NCBI RefSeq assembly: GCF_000738915.1
Contig: NW_026515635.1
Span: 62,001-126,000, forward strand
Source: Nematocida ausubeli
Taxonomy: Eukaryota
Direction of reading: 5' to 3'
DNA: 64,000 nucleotides
The notes below the pieces were generated by a model. It was not told where the DNA came from. It saw only the letters and a program-made list of their open reading frames with translations, and did not search any database. Shown here one piece after another: positions 52,290-62,246 of this stretch; the first letter of the stretch is position 1, and every line of letters starts with the position of its first letter. The position numbers and the translations under genes are program-made.

Positions 52290-54773
52290 ATGTTTAAATC
52301 CCCATTTAAGAAAATCAACCATAAGCTAAATCATCAAAATATATTAGACCAGACTAACAGCACCTTCTTTTTATCCAATACAGCAGGAATATTAATCTAT
52401 TTCTTTCTGTCTCCATGGCATCCTAGAAGTCACAGAAGAAACAAAAAGAGAATTCGTGCGAATGGAAATATAAAAGAAAAAAAAGCACTTGAAACTGTAG
52501 TTATATTGGAGTATGAAGGGTTTTCGTGTAAAAGAGGTCCTTTATATACCAAAAGAATCATAATATGCAGTTTGTTCATACTTCTCATGCTCAATGGGGC
52601 CTATGCAGATTTAACTTTGCATGGAGTAGAAGAGGTCCTGAATAATATGCTGCAGGATAAGAATAATTGCAGGATGCAAATAAATATTAATGGACCCTTA
52701 AATCCAATTAGAGGGTATATATCAACTCTTGCAGGATATACTCATAATAAAAGGTTCTTTTCGGAAAATATTAAAACCTCGTACGCTCTGCTTAAACACA
52801 CTGCTACAGAAGAAAGAAGCAGAAAAATATTTCAAAGAGACTACGAAAGAGATAAACCAGTTGCCTGGCTACTAAACACCTCAGATCACACAAAATACAT
52901 ATATAACTACCACCAGGCATTTCTCATCATGTTTTCCTCATCAGATGGCACTATAGACGTAAACTCTTCTGGAATAGATTCATTCAGTGGATTTCTTCAA
53001 ATCAGCAAAGTAAGAACACACAAATACAAAATACTAGCATCCTTGCTGCTGCTCTCTGAAGGAATAGACGTCTTCATGGAAATAACAAAAAGTCACCCGA
53101 AATCCACTAGAAAACTGGTTTTAAAAGAGAATAAAACCAAAGGAAACCACTTCTCTTTAAGCTTAACAACTAATTTCGTAATAACAGGACGAAATAATTC
53201 AACTAGTTTCCCTGCCCTCCAAAATAACACTATTTTTCTAATAGAGTTCTTTTTAAAGTACAGAAACCATCCTGTGCAGGAAGAATACGCAGAACCAAGA
53301 AATTTAGAAGAATTCAGAACTGGCCGATTTCTTAATAATTTGAGATGGCTCATACAGACATACATATATAACTACTTCTCTACTAGCGAAGAAGTGAATA
53401 TATTCAATCAAACAGTGCATGATATTTTACTAGAATACTTACCAGAATACAACGAGAGCAAAGGAAAAGAAGATATTTCTATGCAAGTTTTCAGAAAGTG
53501 TTTTACAACAATGGGAAATAATACTGTTTCTTGTATAAACAGAGAATATTCTGGTCGTATTATGCGCATATTCAAAGCACATGAGGCCCTTCATGTGGAA
53601 ATGTGCCCAGGAACCATCTACCCATTAATTTTCACGAAAAATTCAATTATAAGCACAGAAGACCAAGAAGTCCCTCTAAGTATAACAGATACCTTTGCAT
53701 GCACAATGGAAGAAGTTCTTCTTGGATTATTAAGTTGTTTCTTCTATGATGCAAAGAAGAACACTTACACAACAGAACATATCCCCGATGCTTCGTACAA
53801 ACTGTTCAGTTTCTTCATTTCGCACAAAACCCCTTCAGAGATGATTTCCAGTGAAATAACCAGTAAATGGTCTCTGGTTCTGGCAGAATTGCAAAATAGA
53901 AATATATTATACGAAAAAGATAACAGAAGCAGGCTTGTAACCGGAATAATGAATCTTCTATACGTTATCACAGAAATTACTGGAATTTATCCAAGAGAAT
54001 CCAAAGTGCTTCATTATTATGCCACTTTTGTGAAAAATGCATGTGAAAAAGCTGTTCTCACAGGCATACAAGAGAAACTTGGGTTATATCTGGAATACTT
54101 ATTTCTTCTGCTCTTCAATAACTCTGAGGATTTAAGCTGTAAGCTCAGAATGAAAAGAGACAAAATAAAAGTGACTCTTTCTCATTTAGAAATAATAGAA
54201 ATAGATGAAAGAAAGGATCTAATTGGAATTCTTCACATAAAATATAAGGATAGAATGAATCCTATCGAAATTCGCATTAATCTTATGAAAAACAATCAAG
54301 TGGAAGTTTCCTATAACTATAATAGACCAGTAATTTCACCTGCTGCAGAGAAGATGATTTTTCAGTTGAAAGGTATGGTGAAAATAAAAAGTATCCCAGA
54401 TACGTTCACAGAGTGCATGATTGCGCACTTTATAACAGAAGAAATAGATATACTCTCAGGAAAAAAAGTGAATTTAGAGTACTTCCAGAATATTCCAAAA
54501 ATAGAAGACAGAACCCCCTTGGGAATGGATAGATTCCTTCTACTAGGCAAGATATCCACTTTAAAGCAGAAGGAACACCCGGTACTATTAATAATATCCA
54601 TCTTAGACACAGAATTTCAAAAAACTTCAAATCCTGCAATTATGCAATTTCTAGCTAACATAATTACAAGTGAACTAAAAGAAAGGAGAAATATTTCAAC
54701 CAAAATTATTTCTATTCTCTTACTTATTAATGAAACAACAGGAATCAACATAATCCCAGAAATAACAGAATAA
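52290..54773 (+). CDS. Large secreted gene-family member (start uncertain)
   Basis: ININGPLNPIRGYI, HNKRFF, LASLLLLSEGIDV, GRFLNNLRWLIQTYIY; the signal-like IIICSLFILLMLNGAYA lies ~90 codons into the ORF. Confidence 0.8.
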   Translation: MFKSPFKKINHKLNHQNILDQTNSTFFLSNTAGILIYFFLSPWHPRSHRRNKKRIRANGNIKEKKALETVVILEYEGFSCKRGPLYTKRIIICSLFILLMLNGAYADLTLHGVEEVLNNMLQDKNNCRMQININGPLNPIRGYISTLAGYTHNKRFFSENIKTSYALLKHTATEERSRKIFQRDYERDKPVAWLLNTSDHTKYIYNYHQAFLIMFSSSDGTIDVNSSGIDSFSGFLQISKVRTHKYKILASLLLLSEGIDVFMEITKSHPKSTRKLVLKENKTKGNHFSLSLTTNFVITGRNNSTSFPALQNNTIFLIEFFLKYRNHPVQEEYAEPRNLEEFRTGRFLNNLRWLIQTYIYNYFSTSEEVNIFNQTVHDILLEYLPEYNESKGKEDISMQVFRKCFTTMGNNTVSCINREYSGRIMRIFKAHEALHVEMCPGTIYPLIFTKNSIISTEDQEVPLSITDTFACTMEEVLLGLLSCFFYDAKKNTYTTEHIPDASYKLFSFFISHKTPSEMISSEITSKWSLVLAELQNRNILYEKDNRSRLVTGIMNLLYVITEITGIYPRESKVLHYYATFVKNACEKAVLTGIQEKLGLYLEYLFLLLFNNSEDLSCKLRMKRDKIKVTLSHLEIIEIDERKDLIGILHIKYKDRMNPIEIRINLMKNNQVEVSYNYNRPVISPAAEKMIFQLKGMVKIKSIPDTFTECMIAHFITEEIDILSGKKVNLEYFQNIPKIEDRTPLGMDRFLLLGKISTLKQKEHPVLLIISILDTEFQKTSNPAIMQFLANIITSELKERRNISTKIISILLLINETTGINIIPEITE

Positions 54774-55000
54774 TTCTTAGTCTTCTCTACAGAATATCTG
54801 AAGTCATAAATAAAATAGTTTGAGTGTGATAAAATTCCCTCTAAATTCTTCTGGCAAAAGAATCCTACTAGAAGGAATAACCAGAATATTCTATTCTTCA
54901 TGGAATTTCAATAGATGCACTAGAAATTATAAAAATATGAAAGAATTCGTCCTCAAATGAAAAGGACATATACTTAAATATTTTACACCCCTGCACTGCA

Positions 55001-55390
55001 ATGTCTTCTCTTACTTTAATTTCTGTGGCCTGCGGTGTATCTGTCTATTCCTTTATATCTACCTTGAAGGATTTAAGTTCTGTGCTTCTAGTTGACTTTG
55101 AGTGCGAATATAACTTTGACTCTTTGGGGATTGAAGTTATCCATGAGTTCAATGCTTCTACCTCTATTAAAGATAAGCGCATTATAATAATCAATAGGAT
55201 TGACTCTTTTGTGAATTCGCCAGCAGAGCTGCAAGTTAGAATGAACATGATGTACAAGGCTGTTTACAGCGGGGCAAAGGTGTACACAACACTGCTTAAG
55301 ACAAAGTACAACAGATACACAGTATATATTGATAGAATGATAGAAGACATGATAGAATATATTCCAGAAAATAGCACAAGCACAGCATAA
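55001..55390 (+). CDS. Hypothetical protein, possible degenerate RecA/Rad51-paralog-like fold
   Basis: ATG preceded by CCCCTG; VLLVDFE and IIIINRIDSF recall RecA-family beta strands; no Walker A. Confidence 0.5.
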   Translation: MSSLTLISVACGVSVYSFISTLKDLSSVLLVDFECEYNFDSLGIEVIHEFNASTSIKDKRIIIINRIDSFVNSPAELQVRMNMMYKAVYSGAKVYTTLLKTKYNRYTVYIDRMIEDMIEYIPENSTSTA

Positions 55391-55811
55391 ATAGTACGCA
55401 TTACAAAGAAGACACTCTTCCTGTAGAATTTCTTTACGCATAAAGTAATATATGAGTGAATTCCAGGTATAACTAAAAATATTCCAAAAAGAAGCACAAA
55501 ACCCCACAGAAAAAGAAGAAGTAAAATAAATACTCTTTAAGAAAGAGAAATCCCTATATATTATTCGGGTTATCCTATAGATTCTACTGCAGAATATTTG
55601 TAATATTTTAATACTATAATTTATGCTTATTTATTGCAGTATTTTTCATACGATTTTCTTTTGAAAAAGAATCCTAGAATGACAGAAAGAGCACAAAGAA
55701 TATTCTTGTCAGAGAGTAAAAATTAGATGGTTTTTCGGGTGAATCTGAAGGAATAGATTGATTTTTCTGATTGACTGAATATTTTATCTGGAAAACAGTA
55801 AATTTAACACC

Positions 55812-55878
55812 TTCTGCTAACAAAGAAAACCAAAGATAAAAATATTTAAAATTACTACTAGTAGAAACAAAAGCAGCA
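55812..55878 (+). mobile_element. ~70-bp dispersed element, degenerate copy 5
   Basis: ctaacaaagaaaaccaaagata..tttaaaattactacta...agcagca. Confidence 0.45.
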
Positions 55879-56056
55879 CATTAGCTAAATAAAATTCCAG
55901 CATGCATGTAGCTAGGTGTAGCACGAAATAACCCGACTAAAAATAAGCATAAACTATCATAATCCTTTTATTCTGAATACTTCTACTGTAGAGATGTTTT
56001 CATGAAGTGTAAAAATCAATATGATTTCATCTAAAGGTGTCTCTATAAGAGGTATT

Positions 56057-58807
56057 TCATTTTGCGAAATATTTTAGCATCGTATTGTAGTTATCCATGC
56101 TCTCTGGATCACTTTCCGAACAAAGCATATCTTTTTGCTCTTCTAAAACCTTTCTAACTGCTTTTATGTTTTTACTGGATAATTCATAAGAAGGAATTGC
56201 AGGATTCCTAAGGTCATCAAAATTTATCAAATCATAAATTATCTCAATAAGCTCTAAAGAGTCTGCAGGCTTTCTGCATGCGAATATAAACCAGTTGATG
56301 TAAATATAATTCACTGCCTTCTGGTCTTTCTTAGTCTTGGTTTTCTCAATTATTGATTGCATCCTTGTAAATGCATCGATTTCATCAGTCTTCACTATAA
56401 GCTTAAACAAGTTCTCAAAAAACGGTCCATGGAATAATAAGTTGTACGCATCAATGTGCCCATTCATATCACTAGTTATGTAGTTTTCCATGCACTTAAC
56501 TACAAGAGACACAGACTGCTTCCTTAGTATAGATCTATACACAGAAGATAAATCACTTATTGTAAATTCTGTTTCAGGAAGGGGCTCGCCCTGCTTGTAG
56601 CTGAGTTTTGGGTAGTACATCTGCCAGTGCGCATGGAATGGGAAACTTTTTATCATTTTGTGCCGTGCATGATGGTCATTCAAAGGCACACTTCCCAGAA
56701 TATTTGCAGTCCAACGGGTTGCATCATCAGTTAGGGGCAAGTCCTTTTCTGTTGAATAGATCATAAAGTGCTCCATAATGTACGCCTTGCAATCAATATC
56801 GACAAACTTTCCTAATAAGAATATTTTAGGAATATTCTCGTATCCATCTTGCAATATCCTATCTACATCTTGCTTCAGATTACTTAATACCTTGTCACTG
56901 TCATTTCTTAAAGTGTTAAGTTCAGAATCTGCATGCTGCATGAAAATATATCCTAGGTAGCTGTCTAGGTCACTGAAAACCCTTTTCGCTTCTTCATATT
57001 TCTCTTGAATGAACAAAGAGTCTTTTTGCAACATTGGAAGAAGAGTAAGACTTGAATGGCCTTTTTTTACGTCTAAAGCAATCCCATTGTATCTATCGTT
57101 GGATGTATACGTAATTGTGAGTTTACAGAAAAGATCTGCCTTTCCATTTGATCTCTCCCCGAGTTCTATATTTTCACACTTTACCTTCACACTTTTATTC
57201 AAAGAGAGTGATGTAATAATTGCTTCTATCTTATTTGAAATTTCCACTTTCTGGTCATCGTCTAATTCGCCTTTTTCGTGTGCACTTTCTATGTACTCAA
57301 CTAGTTCTAGAATGGCTTCATCTTGGCCTGTTATTTTTGCAATTGCAAGAAGTATATTTATAATCCCGGAAATAAGTTCATTTTTTGCCTTTTTGTAGTC
57401 AATTTTGTCGTTCTCTAAGCAAGCAGTAACTTTACTCCATCTCTTATGCATTTCAATATTCGTGGTTTCAGTGGGCATAGTATACTTTTTAAAGAACTCT
57501 TTAAGCTTATCACTTACTCCCTCTCCCATGTGACTAATTTCATACTCTTTTTTCTCTGGGTTGTATGCCAGACAGCAAAATAGTCCAAGAAGGGCAGTTT
57601 CCACACAGTTACTGTAGTATAAAGATTCGTCTTCTTCAAAGCCTGTCTTGTCTAGTTTGCATTGCGGTACTCTAGTGTACACGGGCAGCTGACTGGCACT
57701 GTAGAATGGAAATCTAACATATTCTGATATGCTCTTCACAAGATCATAGAAAGAATCGACGTACTTTCCATTTTCACCTAACTTATCCTTCTCTAAGAAG
57801 AATTTATTAAGATCTTTCCCTTTTTTCGGTTTCTTCTTGGTGTCATCTGGATTAGTTTTTTCAACCACTTGATCAACAAGTAATTCATGCACTGCTTCTA
57901 CAAATTCCTTGTAGTCTTCTTCCTTGTCAATGAACTCATAGATATACGTCTGTATAAGGAAGGATGGATTATTCAGAAATCTGCCACTCTCGAACTCTTC
58001 TTTTTTAGAAGGCATCCCTAGGTCAGTCCCTTTCTTCAAAAACTGCCTGTCCCTGCAGCGTATATAGAAGTTGACAATTTCTGCTGTCTCATTTTGGTAG
58101 ATATCTTCTTTTTGCTTATTTGTAATTGGATCTATACCAGCCATGTATAATTCTATCTCTGCAATTGTCTTATCCTTGACTGTCTTACTTTTTATGACAA
58201 CCTTCTTCTTTTCTGCTTTTGTGTCTATATTTATTTTAATGTCAACTCCTTCTGAGAGCAGTAGAAGGGAAGCCAGGATATATTTCGCATCCTTTTTTGC
58301 ATTCTTTGATCTTAAGAAGCTTGTGATCATAGTGGATCTGCCTGACTCGATTGAAAGAGTTCCATCTACGGAAGGAAACATCTTTATGAGTTGTGTGTGG
58401 TAAGTGCTAAGATATGCTTCTACTGGGTTCTTTGAGTCTGTCTCTTTGTATACTTTGTCACGGGCTGGTGATCTTTTGAATTTATATTCTTGTTCTCCTG
58501 TAGGGGATATTTCACCCTTCTCCATGAGATATTGTGCTTCAATTCTTGGGGAAAAAAACCGTTGGTTATAAATGTACCCATTCCTTTGAATGATGTACCC
58601 ATGTAGTAGATTCAATGGTCCTGCTGGGTTAATCACTAGATCTTGCTTCTCTCCAACTGGAATTTTATGAACATTATGGATTTCTTCCATTGAAACCCTT
58701 GAGAAAATACTCTGCACCATCATTAGGTTAAGAAGTATCTTATTGATCATTATTTTCAAACTGAAAAAACATTTTCTTTTTGACGGGTGTGATTTCTGTC
58801 TTTTCAT
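56057..58807 (-). CDS. Large secreted gene-family member (916 aa; start may be 58750)
   Basis: INPAGPLNLLHGYI, NQRFF, LASLLLLSEGVDI, GRFLNNPSFLIQTYIY, YSNCVETALLGLFCCLAYNP, ANILGSVPL. Confidence 0.85.
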   Translation of the reverse strand: MKRQKSHPSKRKCFFSLKIMINKILLNLMMVQSIFSRVSMEEIHNVHKIPVGEKQDLVINPAGPLNLLHGYIIQRNGYIYNQRFFSPRIEAQYLMEKGEISPTGEQEYKFKRSPARDKVYKETDSKNPVEAYLSTYHTQLIKMFPSVDGTLSIESGRSTMITSFLRSKNAKKDAKYILASLLLLSEGVDIKINIDTKAEKKKVVIKSKTVKDKTIAEIELYMAGIDPITNKQKEDIYQNETAEIVNFYIRCRDRQFLKKGTDLGMPSKKEEFESGRFLNNPSFLIQTYIYEFIDKEEDYKEFVEAVHELLVDQVVEKTNPDDTKKKPKKGKDLNKFFLEKDKLGENGKYVDSFYDLVKSISEYVRFPFYSASQLPVYTRVPQCKLDKTGFEEDESLYYSNCVETALLGLFCCLAYNPEKKEYEISHMGEGVSDKLKEFFKKYTMPTETTNIEMHKRWSKVTACLENDKIDYKKAKNELISGIINILLAIAKITGQDEAILELVEYIESAHEKGELDDDQKVEISNKIEAIITSLSLNKSVKVKCENIELGERSNGKADLFCKLTITYTSNDRYNGIALDVKKGHSSLTLLPMLQKDSLFIQEKYEEAKRVFSDLDSYLGYIFMQHADSELNTLRNDSDKVLSNLKQDVDRILQDGYENIPKIFLLGKFVDIDCKAYIMEHFMIYSTEKDLPLTDDATRWTANILGSVPLNDHHARHKMIKSFPFHAHWQMYYPKLSYKQGEPLPETEFTISDLSSVYRSILRKQSVSLVVKCMENYITSDMNGHIDAYNLLFHGPFFENLFKLIVKTDEIDAFTRMQSIIEKTKTKKDQKAVNYIYINWFIFACRKPADSLELIEIIYDLINFDDLRNPAIPSYELSSKNIKAVRKVLEEQKDMLCSESDPESMDNYNTMLKYFAK

Positions 58808-59515
58808 TATAATTAATTAACCGTTATTCATTCATATATAACCCTATATTTGGGGTATTTTCTTATAGGTCACTTTCCTTCATAACTATCCAGTAATTTA
58901 AACAGTTATGCATTATAACTGGTTTGATAAATCATCCAATCTCCATGATAATTCATTCATGTTTAGTAGACCAATTACTATCTTCCATCCTGGTTCTCCT
59001 GTAGAGTGATTTTTGCATCGTCTGGGTTGCATCTGATGATATGGAAATTCTTGCCAGAAGAAATAACAGAATTATCTTTACACATTCAATACGATCAATC
59101 TATACGTTATTTTTGATATAACCATATATGGCCATATAGTCTGAAACCATCTGCTTCCCTGGGTATACGCACTAAACCACTCATAGGCAGTGAAATTTCA
59201 GCTGGAAAATATTCTCCAAATATAACCTGAATATAACCTGAGTACTTTTGTCTTCTATCAAGAATTTAGTGCATGAAATTCCAAATAATTCACATCCTAT
59301 AAAAATACGTTATTTAATATTTCCATAACAGATCAATTAATAACTGAAATAACCAAACAAAAAGACTATTACATAATTAATAGAAAGACAGTTAAATGCC
59401 TTTATATCTAGGCGTATGATTTTCCTGACTAAAATATTCTTTCCTTCCTGGATATACATCCATATATTATTGGTTTATTCTGTATATATTCTCTTTTCTT
59501 TTTTCTTTTTATTTC

Positions 59516-60913
59516 ATGAAGCACTCTGTCTCTATTATTTGCACAAATGAATCTTCTGTCACGCACGATGGAAATATTCTATTCAGCAAGGACTCTTTCT
59601 CCTTTTCTTCTGAGCACTTTTCCATGGTATTTTATGTCTCTAATATAGAATATATCTTGTACGATGATAATATATCTATAAATATGTATAAAGATCCAGT
59701 AGAATACACAATATTACTGAAAACCACGGAAAATAGCATTAAAAATGGGATAAATTCAGTAATAAGGCAGTGGTTATGTGATAAGAGCGTATGTGACTTG
59801 GAATATGTGTATAACAAAGGGATTCCAGAAGACCTTATTACTGGCTGGCTGCTAGACAAAAGATTCATGACAAAACTCAAAGAGCAACAGGAGACCCTTC
59901 TAGCCCCAAATAAATCCTTGAAGGAAGCACTAAGAATAGTTGCAAAATTGGATGACCCAGAAATTATCTTGGAATTAGCCAGAAATATATACACAATAGG
60001 GAAGATATTCTGCATGGAAGATGAAATGTATGCTAGTATGTGTGATACGTCTTCTCTCTTAGTGAATCGACTGAAATGGCTGCAAAAATACTTTTATAAC
60101 ATATTAATGGGAAGAGTAAATATTCCTGCACTAGAAAGCCTTTTAGAAGAAGAAAAAGGAAAGATCCTTCTGGAACTGCCAGAAATCCCATCAAAATCAC
60201 AAATTATCACATTATTTGAAGAAATCAATGATTTCCAAGTGATAAAATCATTTATCCAAAGATTAAGCAAAAATAATCCCTTCAGAAATATAAAAGAGAT
60301 AGATTCCACAGATATACCTATTTTATATTACATCTCCATTTACGACCAAAAAATATTCTCAGAAATAATCATGACAGAAGGACTTCTTCTTAAAGTACTC
60401 TCATTTATACAACAAGATACAGCAGAAGACATAAATATACAACTGTACATGGGGAAACTACTTACACAATGCATAATATCCCCAGAAATTAAAATATATT
60501 TCACCCTGCCTGATTTAATCAGCAGAGTCTTTGAAGTACCAGGAGAGAAGAAAGTGCACCTGGAAAATAACCAAGCCAGAGTCTGGTCAGACCACATCCT
60601 GGGAATATTCCAGATGGAAATATTATTGGAAATGGTCAAATCATGCAGTGCACCCATTAAAGTGTACATTATCACATCAGGCATACTTCTCTCCCTGGTG
60701 GATGGAATTAAATTTGGCACTCCCAGGTTTAAATTCCTGGCATGCGAAATATTCCATGAAATCCTGCAAGGAAAAGAGAAGACACTGATTAACTATATGC
60801 AGAGAGTAAATTTAAATAGTAAAATACAACAAGAACTCAATGAAATATCAGGAAGACACACAGCATACACACCAATTATCAGGAAAATAACAGAATTATT
60901 AAGGAGTGTATGA
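59516..60913 (+). CDS. Protein phosphatase 4 regulatory subunit 3 (Psy2/SMEK)-like
   Basis: MEILLEMV....PIKVYII...IL..L......KFLACEIF..IL..KE..LINYM...NL matches the SMEK C-terminal ARM block (LELLTFCV..HIKNYI...L...ALRF.R.I..KDEFY.RYI...NLF). Confidence 0.65.
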   Translation: MKHSVSIICTNESSVTHDGNILFSKDSFSFSSEHFSMVFYVSNIEYILYDDNISINMYKDPVEYTILLKTTENSIKNGINSVIRQWLCDKSVCDLEYVYNKGIPEDLITGWLLDKRFMTKLKEQQETLLAPNKSLKEALRIVAKLDDPEIILELARNIYTIGKIFCMEDEMYASMCDTSSLLVNRLKWLQKYFYNILMGRVNIPALESLLEEEKGKILLELPEIPSKSQIITLFEEINDFQVIKSFIQRLSKNNPFRNIKEIDSTDIPILYYISIYDQKIFSEIIMTEGLLLKVLSFIQQDTAEDINIQLYMGKLLTQCIISPEIKIYFTLPDLISRVFEVPGEKKVHLENNQARVWSDHILGIFQMEILLEMVKSCSAPIKVYIITSGILLSLVDGIKFGTPRFKFLACEIFHEILQGKEKTLINYMQRVNLNSKIQQELNEISGRHTAYTPIIRKITELLRSV

Positions 60914-60990
60914 ATATAAGGATATAGTAGTGTATAAGGACATAAGAGTAGGTTTATTGTGGGTTGAAGGATATTTAGTAGAGTATATAG

Positions 60991-61212
60991 TAGTATAGAC
61001 TAATTATAACAGGAATATACTATTATAGACTAATTACAACAGGAATATACTAGTATAGACCAATTATAACAGTATAGACTAATTACAACAGAGTATACTA
61101 GAGTACAACAGGAATATACTAGTATAGACTAATTACAACAGAGTATACTAGAGTACAACAGTATAGACCAATTACACCATAAATATACTAGAATACACTA
61201 ATTACAACAGTA
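60991..61212. repeat. ~30-bp degenerate minisatellite (TAGTATAGACTAATTACAACAGGAATATAC) between convergent genes
   Basis: Units at 60991, 61021, 61051 and rearranged copies to ~61212. Confidence 0.9.
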
Positions 61213-61247
61213 TTCCCCACTTCCTCTATATACTCCACCTATATACC

Positions 61248-62156
61248 CTACACTCCTGCTTTTTTCATGATCTTTAATGATTCCTGTGCTGTTAGTCTTC
61301 TTTTTGGGTGAATTTTCATCATGCCTGTGATTAACTTGAATAGTGTAGGGTTATATTCCTTGAACATCTCCGGTATTTTTGACTCTTCACCCTTCCGGAA
61401 TACAACAGGATTTAAGCCAGAATCTGAAATATGGTCTAAGAATATAGATGTGTCTATCTCACCACACACTAGTCCTATGGCATTCATCTGGTCTACATCA
61501 GAGCCCTCCATGAATAAAGGTCTCTTCCAAAGCATCTCTGCAATTACGCACCCAAGTGCCCATATATCCACAGATGCATCATATCTTGTTGCGCACATAA
61601 GTAATTCTGGTGGTCTGTACCATCTGGTCACTACGCCTTGCGTCATACTTATCTTGCTTAGTGTCCTGGACAGACCAAAGTCAGCAATTTTCACGCACTT
61701 ATTGCTTAGCACCAGAATATTAGAGGGTTTTATATCCCTGTGAATTACGTGCCTGCTGTGCATGTACTGAAGACCTTTTAGAATCTGCTTCGCATAAGAA
61801 AGAATTTCCTCCTGTGAGAGAGTCTTTTCCTTCATGACCTTTGCTAGATCCATCCTGGCATACGGGAAGACCAAGAATATACTGTATGAAGACCTGTTTA
61901 AATTATGGACTTCTTCATGGTCTTTCACAAAGGTATCCAAGACCTTTATTAAATTCCTATGGGAAAGTGCCTTTAATATGGATATCTCACGGATTAATTC
62001 CACAGGTACCCCATTCTGCTGCTTCTCCAATTTTATCTTCTTCATGGCCACCCTTTTATTCTTAATTAAATCCACAGCAGAATAAACCTTCCCAAAAGTA
62101 CCCTCCCCAATTTTCTTCTGAATTTTATATCTGCTCTCGTGCTGGGTATTTTTCAT
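61248..62156 (-). CDS. Cyclin-dependent kinase, transcriptional type (Bur1/CDK9-like)
   Basis: GEGTFGKV, VAMKK, PVELIRE (PSTAIRE position), LVFPY..DL, HRDIKPSN, DFGLSR, VVTRWYRPPELL. Confidence 0.9.
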   Translation of the reverse strand: MKNTQHESRYKIQKKIGEGTFGKVYSAVDLIKNKRVAMKKIKLEKQQNGVPVELIREISILKALSHRNLIKVLDTFVKDHEEVHNLNRSSYSIFLVFPYARMDLAKVMKEKTLSQEEILSYAKQILKGLQYMHSRHVIHRDIKPSNILVLSNKCVKIADFGLSRTLSKISMTQGVVTRWYRPPELLMCATRYDASVDIWALGCVIAEMLWKRPLFMEGSDVDQMNAIGLVCGEIDTSIFLDHISDSGLNPVVFRKGEESKIPEMFKEYNPTLFKLITGMMKIHPKRRLTAQESLKIMKKAGV

Positions 62157-62246
62157 GCGTATCTAAAAATGTTTTGCTAAAATGCAGCTTAATTTAAGAG
62201 GCACTAATTCCTGTTAAAATATAACTAAGAGAAAAAATTTACAAGA

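Noticed and set aside
59125..59210. 5S rRNA-like start (GGCCATAT...GAAA.CA.C.G.TTCCC)
   Set aside because: The similarity does not continue; no box C or closing helix I is visible.
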